DNA of 63,536 nucleotides, the filler included, from Octopus bimaculoides (Eukaryota): the NCBI RefSeq assembly GCF_001194135.2. It is 4 parts of 4 records of this genome, joined end to end, with 100 filler letters (N's around TTAATTAATTAA, not from the genome) between each part and the next. Parts side by side here need not be neighbours in the genome. Positions count along the whole stretch, not along the records: positions 1 to 30,380 come from NC_069007.1; 3 more parts are not named here. One strand, given 5' to 3'. This document shows positions 10,145 to 23,615 of this stretch, in pieces. Made by a program: the position numbers and the translations under genes. Position 1 is the first letter of the stretch; the number at the start of each line of letters is the position of its first letter. Below the pieces are notes generated by a model. The model saw only the letters and a program-made list of their open reading frames with translations, made no database searches and was not told where the DNA came from.

Positions 10145-13100
10145 TTATTTCTTTAAGGCCTTCATTCTTTCCTCCAGACTTTGACAGTTTTTCTTGATGC
10201 CGTCAGTGTTTTGTTTGAATGAATCTTCCAGCTGGAAATAGAAAATCATAAAGTTAGTTATCTGTCTGCCTGTCGGTCGATCTGTGTCTGCTTGTACATG
10301 TGTGTGTGTGGGTGTGGGTGTGTGTGTGTGCATCTGGTTCTGTGGGTCAGCGTTTGTGCCTGTGTATGTTTGTGTGTTCCCATGTAGGTAGTGTTTGTGT
10401 TTTCTCATGTAGGCCAGTGTTTGTGTGTTCCCACGTAGGTCAAGTGTTTGTGTTTTCTCATGTAGGCCAGTGTTTGTGTGTTCCCATGTCTGTCAGTGCC
10501 TGTGTGTTCCCATGTAGGTCAGTGTTTGTGTTTTCTCATGTACGCCAGTGTTTGTGTGTTCCCACGTAGGTCAGTGTTTGTGTGTTCCCATGTCTGTCAG
10601 TGCCTGTGTGTTCCCATGTAGGTCAGTGTTTGTGTTTTCTCATGTANNNNNNNNNNNNNNNNNNNNNNNNNNNNNNNNNNNNNNNNNNNNNNNNNNNNNN
10701 NNNNNNNNNNNNNNNNNNNNNNNNNNNNNNNNNNNNNNNNNNNNNNNNNNNNNNNNNNNNNNNNNNNNNNNNNNNNNNNNNNNNNNNNNNNNNNNNNNNN
10801 NNNNNNNNNNNNNNNNNNNNNNNNNNNNNNNNNNNNNNNNNNNNNNNNNNNNNNNNNNNNNNNNNNNNNCCAGTGTTTGTGTGTTCCCATGTCTGTCAGT
10901 GCCTGTGTGTTCCCATGTAGGTCAGTGTTTGTTTTCTCATGTAGGCCAGTGTTTGTGTGTTCCCATGTAGGTCAGTGTTTGTGTGATCCCATGTAGGTCA
11001 GTGTTTGTGTGTGTGTCTGTATGTACTTCTGTGTGTATCTGTGTATGTATGCATGCTTGTGTGTGTTCTGTGTATGTTGATAGTTTCAGTAAACGACAAG
11101 TCTTAATATTCCAAAAATGTGCAAGTCTCTCCTCCCCCTCCCCACCCCACATACCCCTAGTTCCTGCTACACAATTCAATATTCTCCAACCCGCCGCCAG
11201 TCTTCTCTCCACCCGTCCACCTCGCAAAAGGTAGAAATCGACTCACCTGCTTCATCATATCACCATGCTCCGTGAGAGTTTTGCGTATTTCCTGCTGTGC
11301 CGTGTCGAGGTAGACGAGGGCTTGGCTGAACTGTAGGGCTGTAAGAAGTGAAGATTGTAATAGAAAGATGAATAGCATTTAGAAAGACAGCTTTGAAGAA
11401 TAATTGACGAAAAGCAGAGAAAAAATACTTGTGTAGTTAAGAAGCTTGCTTCTCAACTACATGGCCCTGGGTTCAGTCCCAGTGTGACACTGTGGGCAAG
11501 TGTCCTCTACTATAGCCTTGGGCCGACTAAAGCTCTCTTTGTTCCTTTGCGGTAGCACACCTGTTTCTGTCTTCGTTCCTGATCTTTCTGGCCAGGTAAC
11601 CTTGTACTTCTTCTACAGCAAGACACCTGTATCTATCTCACTATAACCTTTTCATCATCACCTCCTCCAATGCCTCCTCCCCTCTTAAAAGTTTTTTTCT
11701 TATTTTGTGTTCTGCAAGTCCCTGGTGACCCTGTCAGTGCAGGTGCCACTTAAAAAGCATCCAGTCCACACCGTAAAGAATTCAAATTTGATGGCAAAGA
11801 ATCCAAACTAGATCGAAAACATCTATAATAGCTCCAACACTGCACACAACCACACAGTAAGCACTTGGTCAACTCCAACACCGCATGCCAACACCACATA
11901 CCACTTGGTCAGTTCCAATAAAAACTAACTCACCTTGCTCGTGAATGTCTTTCAACGTGGTCAGCCGGTCAACAACCTGCGGTAATACATCGGCCATGCT
12001 CTCCCACTTTTTAACTATCTCATATAACTCTGTCACCTGGGAATACAAAGAAATCATTAAGCTGTTAATTACGAGAAGCGATTAAACACAAACACACCAT
12101 TAATACCCTGAACTGCACTTAAATGCTGTTTCAAATGTTAACAGACAACTTTATCATGCCCATCACCTACTGTCGCCACAACCAAAAACTTTAGATACAA
12201 CATAGACAGTCTACATGTCTACACTGTACTCCAAATATCTTCTTCCCAGTTACTCCTGCCTGCCCTTATTAGGATCGTTGTATATCTTCTATATAACAAA
12301 ACACCTATCCCTCTATCATACTTCATGCACCAAACATTTGGCAAATTCCCTCGCCCCATATAGTTGCAGGGTTTTCTTTCATTTTCTTGTTCTTTTCCTG
12401 TCTTACACTGACCTCATTAGTACCAGTGTCAGATAAAAAAAAAAAAACCCACTTTACAGTTACACACTGTAAAACACTGTAAATTAGTTAGCATCAAAAG
12501 AGACGTCTAGATGTACAAACTACACCGAAGGTGACATTAGAGCTCAACACAGCTCTGTAACTCACCAGGTCCTGATGAGGGGTGTCAGATATGTAGCATG
12601 GCCCTTAGCTAGGTTACATAGCCTGCACATACATTTTATTTTGCCATAAGCCTAATTTGCTAGAATTAGGCAGAGGCCACAGAACGAGAACAACAACAAA
12701 ATGTGTCAAACCTTTGCCTGTTTCTCAGAATCATCAGAAACAATCTTTTTTTCAGTAATTTGATTGACTTTCTGTAGGACATTCTGCAAACGAGCTTCCA
12801 CCTGGTCAATTTGAGCCGGATCCAAAAGAGATAACTTTGAGTTGATGTTAGAGACTGCAGCCTGTGAAGGATGGGGAGAAAGAGACAGAGATTAGTATAC
12901 ATATACATACAGGAGATATGTGTACTAGGCTTACAAAGAATAAGCCCTGGGGTCGATTTGCTCAACTAAAAGCGGTGCTCCAGCATGGCCACAGTCAAAT
13001 GACCGAAACAAGTAAAAGAGTAAAAGAGAGTAGCATTAAGTCTAGTGGAGACAGTATGAGCTGTCCTTGATATAAAAGAAGGGAAAGGATGAGGAAAGGT

Positions 13101-15093
13101 GAGAGTAGAAACAAAGCAGAAGCTATGGGTTGGTAGGATTAAGGAAGGAACTTACCAAAAGACTTTTGTTGCTAACTTCAGCTGTTAAAGCAGACTGAAA
13201 GAAATGAAAATTAAACAGTTACAAAGATGAAATACAAGATATGTGAATAGCTGGCTTTCATTATTTACATCACTTTTTTTTTTTTTGTACATCAAAAAGG
13301 AACTTGTTGTGTGTGTATGTGTGTTGTCCTGACAATATGTGATGGTTGTTGTTGTTGGCACTCCGTCGCTTACGACGTCGAGGGTTCCAGTTAATCCGAT
13401 CAACGGAACAGCCTTGCTCGTGAAATTAACGTGCAGTGGATGAGCACTCCACAGACACGTGTACCCTTAACATAGTTCTCGGGGATATTCAGCGTGACAC
13501 AGAGTGTGACAAGGCTGACCCTTTGAATTTACAGGCACAACAGAAACAGGAAGTAAGAGTGAGGGAAAGTTGTGGTGGAAGAGTACAGCAGGGTTCGCCA
13601 CCATCCCCTGCCGAAGCCTTGTGGAGCTTTAGGTGTTTTTCGCTCAATAAACACTCACAACGCCCGGTCTGGGAATCAAAACCGTGATCCTATGACCATG
13701 AGTCTGCTGCCCTAACCACTGGGCCATTGCACCTCCGTGAGGGTTCTAAATGAGCATCATTATCATACTAGTGATATTGTTCATTCTCCGGTCATCTGTG
13801 AAAAACGTATCCAACCGTGGGGAAAATATTACCTTGATTACCTGATTGGGATCAGGTGAGAAATGTTGGTAAAATGATAGGCATCTGGCCGTACAAAAAT
13901 CTGCCTCAACTAGTTATGTCCAACCCATGCAAGCATGGACAATTGGACGTTAAAACGATGATGATAACCAATTCCACCAAAAAGTCACACAGTAAATTCT
14001 TCATTATTCAATGAAGGAGAAAGAATGCAATTGCCAAAATATTGGGTATGGTCCCTTCTGCCCCTTAACAGAATACTGGCACGTGTAAAGACATTCGAGC
14101 GAGATCGTTCGTTGCCAGTGCCGCTGGACTGGCTCTTGTGCAGGTGGCATGTAAAATACACCATTTTGAGTGTGGCCGTTGGCAGTACCGCCTGACTGGC
14201 CTTTGTGCCAGGTGGCACATAAAAGCACCCACTACACTCTCAGAGTGGTTGGCATTAGGAAGGGCATCCAGCTGTAGAAACTCTGCCAGATCAGATTGGA
14301 GCCTGGTGTAGCCATCTGGTTTCACCAGTCCTCAGTCAAATTGTCCAACCCATGCAAGCATGGAAAGCGGACGTTAAACGACGACGATGATGATGTTGAT
14401 GATTTGTATAAAACTTACCATTTNNNNNNNNNNNNNNNNNNNNNNNNNNNNNNNNNNNNNNNNNNNNNNNNNNNNNNNNNNNNNNNNNNNNNNNNNNNNN
14501 NNNNNNNNNNNNNNNNNNNNNNNNNNNNNNNNNNNNNNNNNNNNNNNNNNNNNNNNNNNNNNNNNNNNNNNNNNNNNNNNNNNNNNNNNNNNNNNNNNNN
14601 NNNNNNNNNNNNNNNNNNNNNNNNNNNNNNNNNNNNNNNNNNNNNNNNNNNNNNNNNNNNNNNNNNNNNNNNNNNNNNNNNNNNNNNNNNNNNNNNNNNN
14701 NNNNNNNNNNNNNNNNNNNNNNNNNNNNNNNNNNNNNNNNNNNNNNNNNNNNNNNNNNNNNNNNNNNNNNNNNNNNNNNNNNNNNNNNNNNNNNNNNNNN
14801 NNNNNNNNNNNNNNNNNNNNNNNNNNNNNNNNNNNNNNNNNNNNNNNNNNNNNNNNNNNNNNNNNNNNNNNNNNNNNNNNNNNNNNNNNNNNNNNNNNNN
14901 NNNNNNNNNNNNNNNNNNNNNNNNNNNNNNNNNNNNNNNNNNNNNNNNNNNNNNNNNNNNNNNNNNNNNNNNNNNNNNNNNNNNNNNNNNNNNNNNNNNN
15001 NNNNNNNNNNNNNNNNNNNNNNNNNNNNNNNNNNNNNNNNNNNNNNNNNNNNNNNNNNNNNNNNNNNNNNNNNNNNNNNNNNNNNNNNNNNNN

Positions 15094-15134
<41 letters not shown>

Positions 15135-17247
15135 CGATGGGCTTCTTTCAGTTTCCATCTACCAAATCTAGTCACAAGGCTTTGGTATGCCTGAGGATAA
15201 AGCAGAAGACACTTGCCCAAGGTGCCACACAGTAGGACTGAACCTGGAACCATGTGGCTAGGAAGCAAGCTTATTAACACACAGCTACACCTTAAGTTAT
15301 CACTCCAGATTTTCTATAGAGTTTAGGATAACAAAAACAAAATACAAACAAACATACACCTACCTTGGCATTCTTACTAAACTGAGCTTGTTCTGGTCTA
15401 TAGTAGAGTTCATAAGTCACATGATCTGATGCTTTGCCTTCGCTTGCTTTATCCGAAGTTTTTGAACCTTTACTTGGAGTTGCAGTGGCAGGTTTGGAAG
15501 CAGGGGAGTAAGCTTCCAGCTGTGTAAGTAAACGCCTGAAGAGAAAAGAAAGCCAGAAGTAATCTTGGTTAATTAGGTTTGGTAATTAGTTCAGATTGGT
15601 TAAAGTAAAATAGAGGAAAGACATGGATTTGTGAGTTCAGCTAATGGTAAGGCATTTAATTCTTAATTAAGAGTAAGATATGTAATTGTTTGATTAAAAA
15701 CAGGACAAATTAATAAGGAGAGAAAAATTCTAAAGTAAGCATATGACAATTTTTAATTAGTTTTAATTAAGGATAGGGCGATATAATTAATAACAAAAAC
15801 ACTCAGAGAGCGTAAACCTCTGCCAAGGCAACACCAACGTTTTCTTAATGATAAGCTAGACATGATTTTTAAAATGAGAATATCTGAAATAAACTCGATT
15901 GCTCTCACAAGTGAGAATACTAAAAATGAATCCGACCGATCTCAAAAATTAAGTAAAAAAATAATCCAGAATCCTTGTCCAGTACCAGATTGATCCCAAA
16001 ATCTAATCAGTTCATGCCAGTCACGAAGCCAAACATCCCTGAAAGTTTCATTGAAATCCATCCAGCGTTTCTTGAGATATCTTGTCGACAGACAAACTTA
16101 CAAACACAACTGGAGACAATACCTTTGCCTTTGCTAAGGCAGAGGTAACTAGCAGAAAACTTCCTGGAGGGCAGTATTTCTTGCTAGTGATAAAATCCTT
16201 TCTATTATAGATGCTGGTTTGTTTACGTCCTTTTAATTTAGTGGTCCAGCATAAAAAACTGATAGAATAAATGATGTTTAAAAAATAAGTACTGGAGTTG
16301 ATTTATTTCACAANNNNNNNNNNNNNNNNNNNNNNNNNNNNNNNNNNNNNNNNNNNNNNNNNNNNNNNNNNNNNNNNNNNNNNNNNNNNNNNNNNNNNNN
16401 NNNNNNNNNNNNNNNNNNNNNCTAATTACACTGTGATCTGAAAATAAGAAGAGGTGGTCACAACTAACTGATACTTTTCTGACCATAAGTTTACTTGCTC
16501 AAGGTCGACACAAAAGAGGAAGGAAATTAGTCCCCACATTTGCTACTTTTTATTCGTTCAAGTCCCACCCCCGCCTTCTCTGCCCCATAATACTCACTTT
16601 CTCAAAGCCCCTTGAGGGTCAGAAAGATCCACCGAAGCCTCCGGTCCCAGCAATTTCTCCAGATGCAAATCAGCCAACTGATGATGGAGATATTCCAGTT
16701 GTTTGCCGAGGTTGATGGGGGAGAAGTTCTCGTTGGTATCGGTCTTTGCCGATTCCTGAAAATACACAGAGGGACAAACAAATAAATAAAATAAAATAAA
16801 ATAAACAGGTCTAACCGTAGCATTTAAACCAGCCACATCAAGTTCAAATATTCTTCCTGTTCAAACTGACCAGATGTGGCCCTTCACACCTACCCGACAA
16901 TGTCATTCTGAAATTATGCAATTACATCATTAAAATTTTTGAAGCTATGAGATAATATATAATTAATTCAAAACAATCTGAATGAATAAGCATTAGATTT
17001 GACAAGGAAATCTGAATGCTAAAGGGTTAAACAAGTGAGATGAAGGGGTTGAAAGAGAGAAATTGATAAGATAAGATTGGGGCCTAAATAAGCTGCTGAA
17101 ACAACAGCAGGTCCCTACCTTCACTTTAGTCACTTCTTCAGTTAGTTCCCTCATCTCATACTGAAGTCTTTGGTACTTCTGCTGAGGAGTTTCTTTACCC
17201 TCGGAACCTTCTTCCAGCTGGAATAAAACAGTCGGAAAGTGTGTATG

Positions 17248-17282
<35 letters not shown>

Positions 17283-17450
17283 GAAAGGGAGCACATGAAC
17301 ATATGTATACAGACTGATAAATACACGAGTTTGTGTATATAGACATTTACACAGTGAAATGTATGATATCAACATATATACCAGGGATAATATTGATCCA
17401 TGACTATAGTACACATCACAGTGTGATAAATATATTTACAATATATATGA

Positions 17451-17517
<67 letters not shown>

Positions 17518-20500
17518 GTTGGTGCATAATCACTGTGGCTTTTTTTCAACAAATTTGATTCAACAAAAACAATAACATGTAACAAAAACATCTTTCAATG
17601 ATTATTCCGGAGCATAGTCACCATCCACTTCAATTTCTGCTTCCAATTTGCTTGGCAGATGGTCAGACCATCATTTAAAGATGTTTTTGTTAAATATTGC
17701 GATTGTTNNNNNNNNNNNNNNNNNNNNNNNNNNNNNNNNNNNNNNNNNNNNNNNNNNNNNNNNNNNNNNNNNNNNNNNNNNNNNNNNNNNNNNNNNNNNN
17801 NNNNNNNNNNNNNNNNNNNNNNNNNNNNNNNNNNGGATGGTCATATTGCCAGTTTTGCCAATAAAAACACACGCACTGTATATTTGGTGTTAATTTGCTT
17901 CAGCTTTATATTACATTATATTACATTAATCCTATTTCGGCCAGAGCTCTTTCGTCACACAAAGGACCACTGATGAGGTCACAGAAGTGTGACGAGAGAA
18001 CTCTGGCCGAAATAGGATTAATGTAATGTAATGTAATATAAAGCTGAAGCAAATTAACACCAAATATACAGTGCGTGTGTTTTTATTGGCAAAACTGGCA
18101 ATATGACCATCCCCAAGTACAACAATATATGAATATATATGTACGTCAATAACATATACGAGAGGGTGGTGAAAAATTTCTGGCTTTAAGGGTATTGCGA
18201 AAGGTCTGGTTGGAGGCCCCAACCTTCTGACTTCTTTTACAGGGCTTAGAAAAACTGAAGGACCACTGAAATAAATGTGTGAATCTGAGAGTGGAATATG
18301 TTGAATAAAATCATAATTAACTGATCTTCCTGTATTTTCTTTTACCCAAAGCCAAGAACTTTTCAGCACGCTCATGTTTATATCTATATATAGTATGATG
18401 TATGTGTGTGTGAGAGACGTCAACACTCACCATTTCATATTCATTCTTAATGATATCGTAACCAGTGTTTCGTTGCTTCTGGATTCTTCCTGAAAAATCT
18501 GAGAGGAAACTATTTATTAAACAACTTCAGGAGATGGAGAGGGTGGAGGTGGGGGAGGGGGGGAGGAAATGATGATGATGGTGATGATGATGAAGTTTTT
18601 AATAATGGTGATGTTAGTGGCAGTTGTGATGTTGACAACGATATGCTCTGGTATATGCATACAGGGGGTGATGATGGTTATGGTGGTTGGGGTGATGATG
18701 ATGATGGTTATGGTGGTTGGGGTGATGATGATGATGATGATGATGATGATGACGTTGCAGACAGTGAAAAGGTTACGACAACTACAACAATACCTACCAG
18801 CATTGGAAGCATCAAGCACTGTCCCTTTGAACCTTTTGTAAGCCGTCTTGGAGTCCAAATTCACACGTTCTATGGCATCACTGTGAATTTCTTCCTGGCA
18901 ACAGTAACAAGAACAAAAAAAAAAAAAAAAATGAATCATAAAAGTCTTCATCATCATCATCATCATCATCTATAGTCATAGTAACAACAATAAATATACT
19001 TGACTGCTAAATCCACAAGTTTTTTTTTATTCTCTGTTTATTTTCTCTTATTCCTTTCTGTTGAAGAGCACAGGCTCGAAATGTAAAAGACTTTCTCACT
19101 TTCCCGAGTATCAAACTAATACACCTGCTTGTTGTTCATACACCTGTCTTCATCTTTTGTTTTTCTGTAAATTTCAACTATATATAAATATATATATATA
19201 TATATATCATCATCGTTTAACATCCGCTTTCCATGCTTGCATGGGTTGGACGATTTGACTGAGGACTGGTGAAACCAGATGGCTACACCAGGCTCCAATC
19301 TGATTTGGCAGAGTTTCTACAACTGGATGCCCTTCCTAACGCCAACCACTCCGAGAGTGTAGTGGGTGCTTTTATGTGCCACTGGCAATATATATATATA
19401 TGAATGTGGATGCTTTGTTAGAACATTATTTACCTTCAACTTTTTTCCTCGCTTTCTTCTTTGCCATTCTTTGTTAACTACTGTTCCAAGTGAAATACAT
19501 GGATACTTCAGCATAAAACAATGTTTTTGCAAAGCCATCATTGATGCACAATGAAAAGAATTCTGTCAATGTTGTTCTCATATGTCATTCATTGACAGCC
19601 ATATCCTCATTATTTCTGATGAATATTCTGGTAGATAAACTTGCAGTCTCACTATACATGAACTGAAAATCCTAAAATGGATGCAACTGCTTCCGATGGT
19701 CCAATATACCTACCCATTAAATATTAATTTCATTATCATTGTTTACTTGAACAGCAGCTTGGTTATTTCCTTTCAGCATGTACCTGGTGGCATATTTAAC
19801 TGACTTCACTGAGGCAACGATTTCAACGTTGCAGTGGCATTTGAATGCTCTTAAAAGAGTTTCATTATAAGGTACAACCCATTTGTTGTTGATTGTTTTC
19901 CCATTCTTATGAGACCCAACTTCTCTCATTGCAACTAATCTTCATCTATAAAGGGATAGTCTCTTTCTCTGTTTTCTTGCCCTTTGATTAAGATGATAAA
20001 GATTAATATTTTATTTAAATTTTTCCCTTTAAGAAAAAAAAATTAAGTACCCGTGATTGGCACTTCAAAAGTTGTATAAATGATTAACGGAAGAAAAATG
20101 AAAGTATGAAAAAAGGATGGATGGCGGTAGCTGTGACAACTCTTTGAAGTGTCGCTACTTTCAACTTGAATTTTTTTTTCTTAAAGGGAGAAATGACTAT
20201 TTTATTTGTAATCTTTAACATCTTAAAACTTTTGAGTTTTAGTATCATAATATATGTATGCTTAGTATCAGCTATCAGAAAAAAAGAGTACTCAATACCA
20301 CAGTAGATATTAATAATCTATTTTATTTAGGCTGAATCAGTCACCTGTGAGTGCACAAGGTCGTTAGGCACATCCTTCATTACTCCCTACTTCAGTTCCT
20401 CATCTTCTAACTCTCACTTTCTTCTTTTTCCTCTTTCTTTTTCGATTCTTCTTTCCCCACCGCCTTTATCAGATTTCCTCTTCACCACCACAGCCTATGA

Positions 20501-20835
20501 CAGGAAACCAATATACAGATGTAGAAATTCAATAATTTTTCTCCAGTCCTAATTTGCTTGAAAATTATGACCGCATGGAAAACGGACGTTAAACGATGAC
20601 GATGATAATATTCTTTTATATTTGTTTCAGTCATTTGACCGTGGCCATGTTGGAGCACCACCTTGAAGAGTTTTAGCCCAATAAATCGACCCCAGGACTT
20701 ATTCTTTGTAAGCCTAGTACTTGTTCTATCAGTCTCTTTAGCCAAACTGCTAAGTTATGGGAACATAAACACACCAGCATTGGCTGTCAAGAGATGGCAG
20801 AGGACAAACACAGAACACACATGTATGTATGTATG

Positions 20836-20875
<40 letters not shown>

Positions 20876-21298
20876 CATACATACATACACACACACACGA
20901 TGGACTTCTTTGAGTTTCTGTCTATTAAATCCACTTACTAGGCTTTGGTCAGCCTGAAGCTAGAACAGAAGATGCCCAAGGTGCCATGCAGTGGGACTGA
21001 ACCCAGAACCATGTGGTTGAGAAGCAAACTTCTTACTACACAGCCAGGCCTGCACCTATATATATATATATATATATNNNNNNNNNNNNNNNNNNNNNNN
21101 NNNNNNNNNNNNNNNNNNNNNNNNNNNNNNNNNNNNNNNNNNNNNNNNNNNNNNNNNNNNNNNNNNNNNNNNNNNNNNNNNNNNNNNNNNNNNNNNNNNN
21201 NNNNNNNNNNNNNNNNNNNNNNNNNNNNNNNNNNNNNNNNNNNNNNNNNNNNNNNNNNNNNNGTCCTAGGAAATAGACATACAGCAATTTATAAGTAA

Positions 21299-21337
<39 letters not shown>

Positions 21338-22952
21338 TTGCTTAAAAGAGTTCCAACACTGTCTGTTTTTTATGTTTTATTTATATTCCTGCAGAACTAA
21401 TGTGGGGTATAGAATATGGAATATACAATATATAATATGATATACAATATACAATATAAAATAAAATAAAATAAAAATGGATTGCACCATGGAAGAAAGT
21501 ATTGAATGTAGATGAAATATTGAGTGTTCAATATAAAGGATCAAATACATAAATATATAAATATATATATATATATACACATATATATATATAAATGACA
21601 CCATGTTTAGGGTTGTTGCTCTGTTATATATAATTACAACAAATACTTTACATGATAATAATGAACATAAAATTGTTAATGAATTGTTAATAATTAATGC
21701 ACCTCATGTGGTTAATATTTGAAGATATTTTACACTACTAACTTGTTAACGTCGCTAAATCACACATGCACTTCTCCAAATTCCAGCATGGATTCAAAAT
21801 CTATGGCACATTACTTAGCCAAGAAATAAAGGGCACTGTCATGCTATTAGCTGTCAGAAGTGAAAGTGCTCACTGCTAGTGAAGTATCTGTCTGTCTGCC
21901 TGCATGCCTGTTGCTGGCCTGTTTGTCTGTCTCTCTCTCTCTCTATCTATCTATTACTCGAAAGTTCGCGCGTCCGCGCTAGCTAGTCGCGAGTGGTCGA
22001 TCCTATTATTTTAAAACTTCAAACTTCATTTGTTTTCTATTTTGATAAATTCTCTCTGTTGAAAATTATATTTTTATATTTTAAATAATTTGCAATTTCA
22101 GGAAATATGTTTTTATATTAAATTTGTGTTTTCTACNNNNNNNNNNNNNNNNNNNNNNNNNNNNNNNNNNNNNNNNNNNNNNNNNNNNNNNNNNNNNNNN
22201 NNNNNNNNNNNNNNNNNNNNNNNNNNNNNNNNNNNNNNNNNNNNNNNNNNNNNNNNNNNNNNNNNNNNNNNNNNNNNNNNNNNNNNNNNNNNNNNNNNNN
22301 NNNNNNNNNNNNNNNNNNNNNNNNNNNNNNNNNNNNNNNNNNNNNNNNNNNNNNNNNNNNNNNNNNNNNNNNNNNNNNNNNNNNNNNNNNNNNNNNNNNN
22401 NNNNNNNNNNNNNNNNNNNNNNNNNNNNNNNNNNNNNNNNNNNNNNNNNNNNNNNNNNNNNNNNNNNNNNNNNNNNNNNNNNNNNNNNNNNNNNNNNNNN
22501 NNNNNNNNNNNNNNNNNNNNNNNNNNNNNNNNNNNNNNNNNNNNNNNNNNNNNNNNNNNNNNNNNNNNNNNNNNNNNNNNNNNNNNNNNNNNNNNNNNNN
22601 NNNNNNNNNNNNNNNNNNNNNNNNNNNNNNNNNNNNNNNNNNNNNNNNNNNNNNNNNNNNNNNNNNNNNNNNNNNNNNNNNNNNNNNNNNNNNNNNNNNN
22701 NNNNNNNNNNNNNNNNNNNNNNNNNNNNNNNNNNNNNNNNNNNNNNNNNNNNNNNNNNNNNNNNNNNNNNNNNNNNATATAGTTAAAAAAAACAATAACA
22801 AAAAAACACAAAAACACAACAAAGTGAGGACATCTTTTAAATAAGTTCTCCACCAATAATGGTGCTTTCATACCGATGGGCTTGGTAAAAATTGTTAATT
22901 GTTAATTGATTTATTAATTAATAAATTGATAATCCTTTACCCTTTTAATTTG

Positions 22953-23001
<49 letters not shown>

Positions 23002-23615
23002 ATGGCTTGGTCGGCCGAAGCAACAGTAGGAAAGGTTTGCTCAAAATGTCACGCAGTGGGACTGAACCTGGAACACTGAGATTGTGAAAGAAACTTCTTA
23101 ACCACACAGCTACGCCTGATGTCAGTTTCTGATGATTATATACCGATTGATATTATTCGTTATCAACATAAAAGGAATGACGAAAACGTCTAGGTTTCTG
23201 TGTGGAGGCGTCTGTTATGACGAAATACCAGATGCAGGGTGCTACAGATGTAACCGAAGGGGACGGGGTATATGCGGAATCAGAAATAACGGCTGAGGAC
23301 AGATGAAAGGTAGATTTGTAGGTAGTGGGGACAACGGGTTAGAACAAGAAGGGTGTGATCTGGGTGCTATTTCTAGCGTGCAGAATAACCACATAGAGGC
23401 AGTGCGTGTTGTTAATTAGTAATGGTGGTGGTAGTGGTAGATGAAGTGCTGCAGGTATATCACAGCTCTAGAATCGTGTCTGTCTCTAGGATTAATAGCT
23501 CTCTGTATATAATACCTGAATAATAATATGACGGGTTAATAATAAGGTGTTACAGAAGAAATAAAGGTGAATTACTTACAATTCCGGGGAGGTTGGCATA
23601 TTTAGGGTCTGCCAT
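10145..23615 (-). CDS. DCTN2: Dynactin subunit 2 (p50/dynamitin), spliced gene
   Basis: Exons: 23615-23580 (MADPKYANLPGI), 18894-18798 (EEIHSDAIERVNLDSKTAYKRFKG), 18498-18431 (DFSGRIQKQRNTGY..EYEM), 17217-17119 (KETPQQKYQRLQYE), 16755-16598 (LHLEKLLGPEA..DPQGAL), 15535-15364 (VTYELYYRPEQAQF), 13194-13156 (SALTAEVSNKSLL), 12861-12712 (DQVEARLQ), 12036-11934 (LYEIVKKW..LHEQ-like), 11338-11247 (LDTAQQEI), 10231-10145 (ERMKALKK*). All GT-AG and phase-consistent; motifs match known dynamitin. Confidence 0.96.
10370..11005. repeat. Minisatellite, 24-26-bp unit (ttcccatgtaggtcagtgtttgtgtg and variants), in the last DCTN2 intron
   Basis: Many tandem copies on both sides of gap 10647-10869. Confidence 0.9.
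13350..13740 (-). mobile_element. Full-length tRNA-derived SINE with (AAC)n tail (family B)
   Basis: Reverse complement of the copy at 41929-42314; A and B boxes at the 13740 end, tail at about 13350. Confidence 0.85.
14090..14400 (+). mobile_element. SINE/RTE-tail repeat (family C), ending ggacgttaaacgatgatg
   Basis: Core gtaaaagcacccactacactctc..ggaagggcatccagctgtagaaac recurs at 19205-19385, 30150-30380, 30481-30670, 36560-36735 and 46380-46815. Confidence 0.8.
17836..18112. repeat. Near-perfect fold-back palindrome of about 280 bp in a DCTN2 intron
   Basis: The arm ggatggtcatattgccagttttgcc...cgtcacac is mirrored by gtgtgacg...ggcaaaactggcaatatgaccatcc, with a spacer of about 25 nt. Confidence 0.9.
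19560..19930 (-). mobile_element. Helitron Rep-domain fragment
   Basis: NNKWVVPYNETLLRAFKCHCNVEIVASVKSVKY...KG, then RYIGPSEA after a stop, resembles the Helitron Rep motif NRWVVPYN..HINVE..S.K..KY. Confidence 0.8.

Noticed and set aside
18569-18975. Plus-strand ORFs rich in GGDDGYGGWGDDDD or poly-Met, resembling Gly/Asp-rich biomineral or cuticle proteins
   Set aside because: They are translations of a (GAT)/(GGT) trinucleotide mosaic in a DCTN2 intron and overlap a DCTN2 exon antisense; there is no signal peptide or splice support.
20340-20495. Purine-rich minus-strand stretch with an acceptor-like site as candidate DCTN2 exon 2 or DNAI2 tail
   Set aside because: All three frames stop quickly and none resembles the expected sequence.
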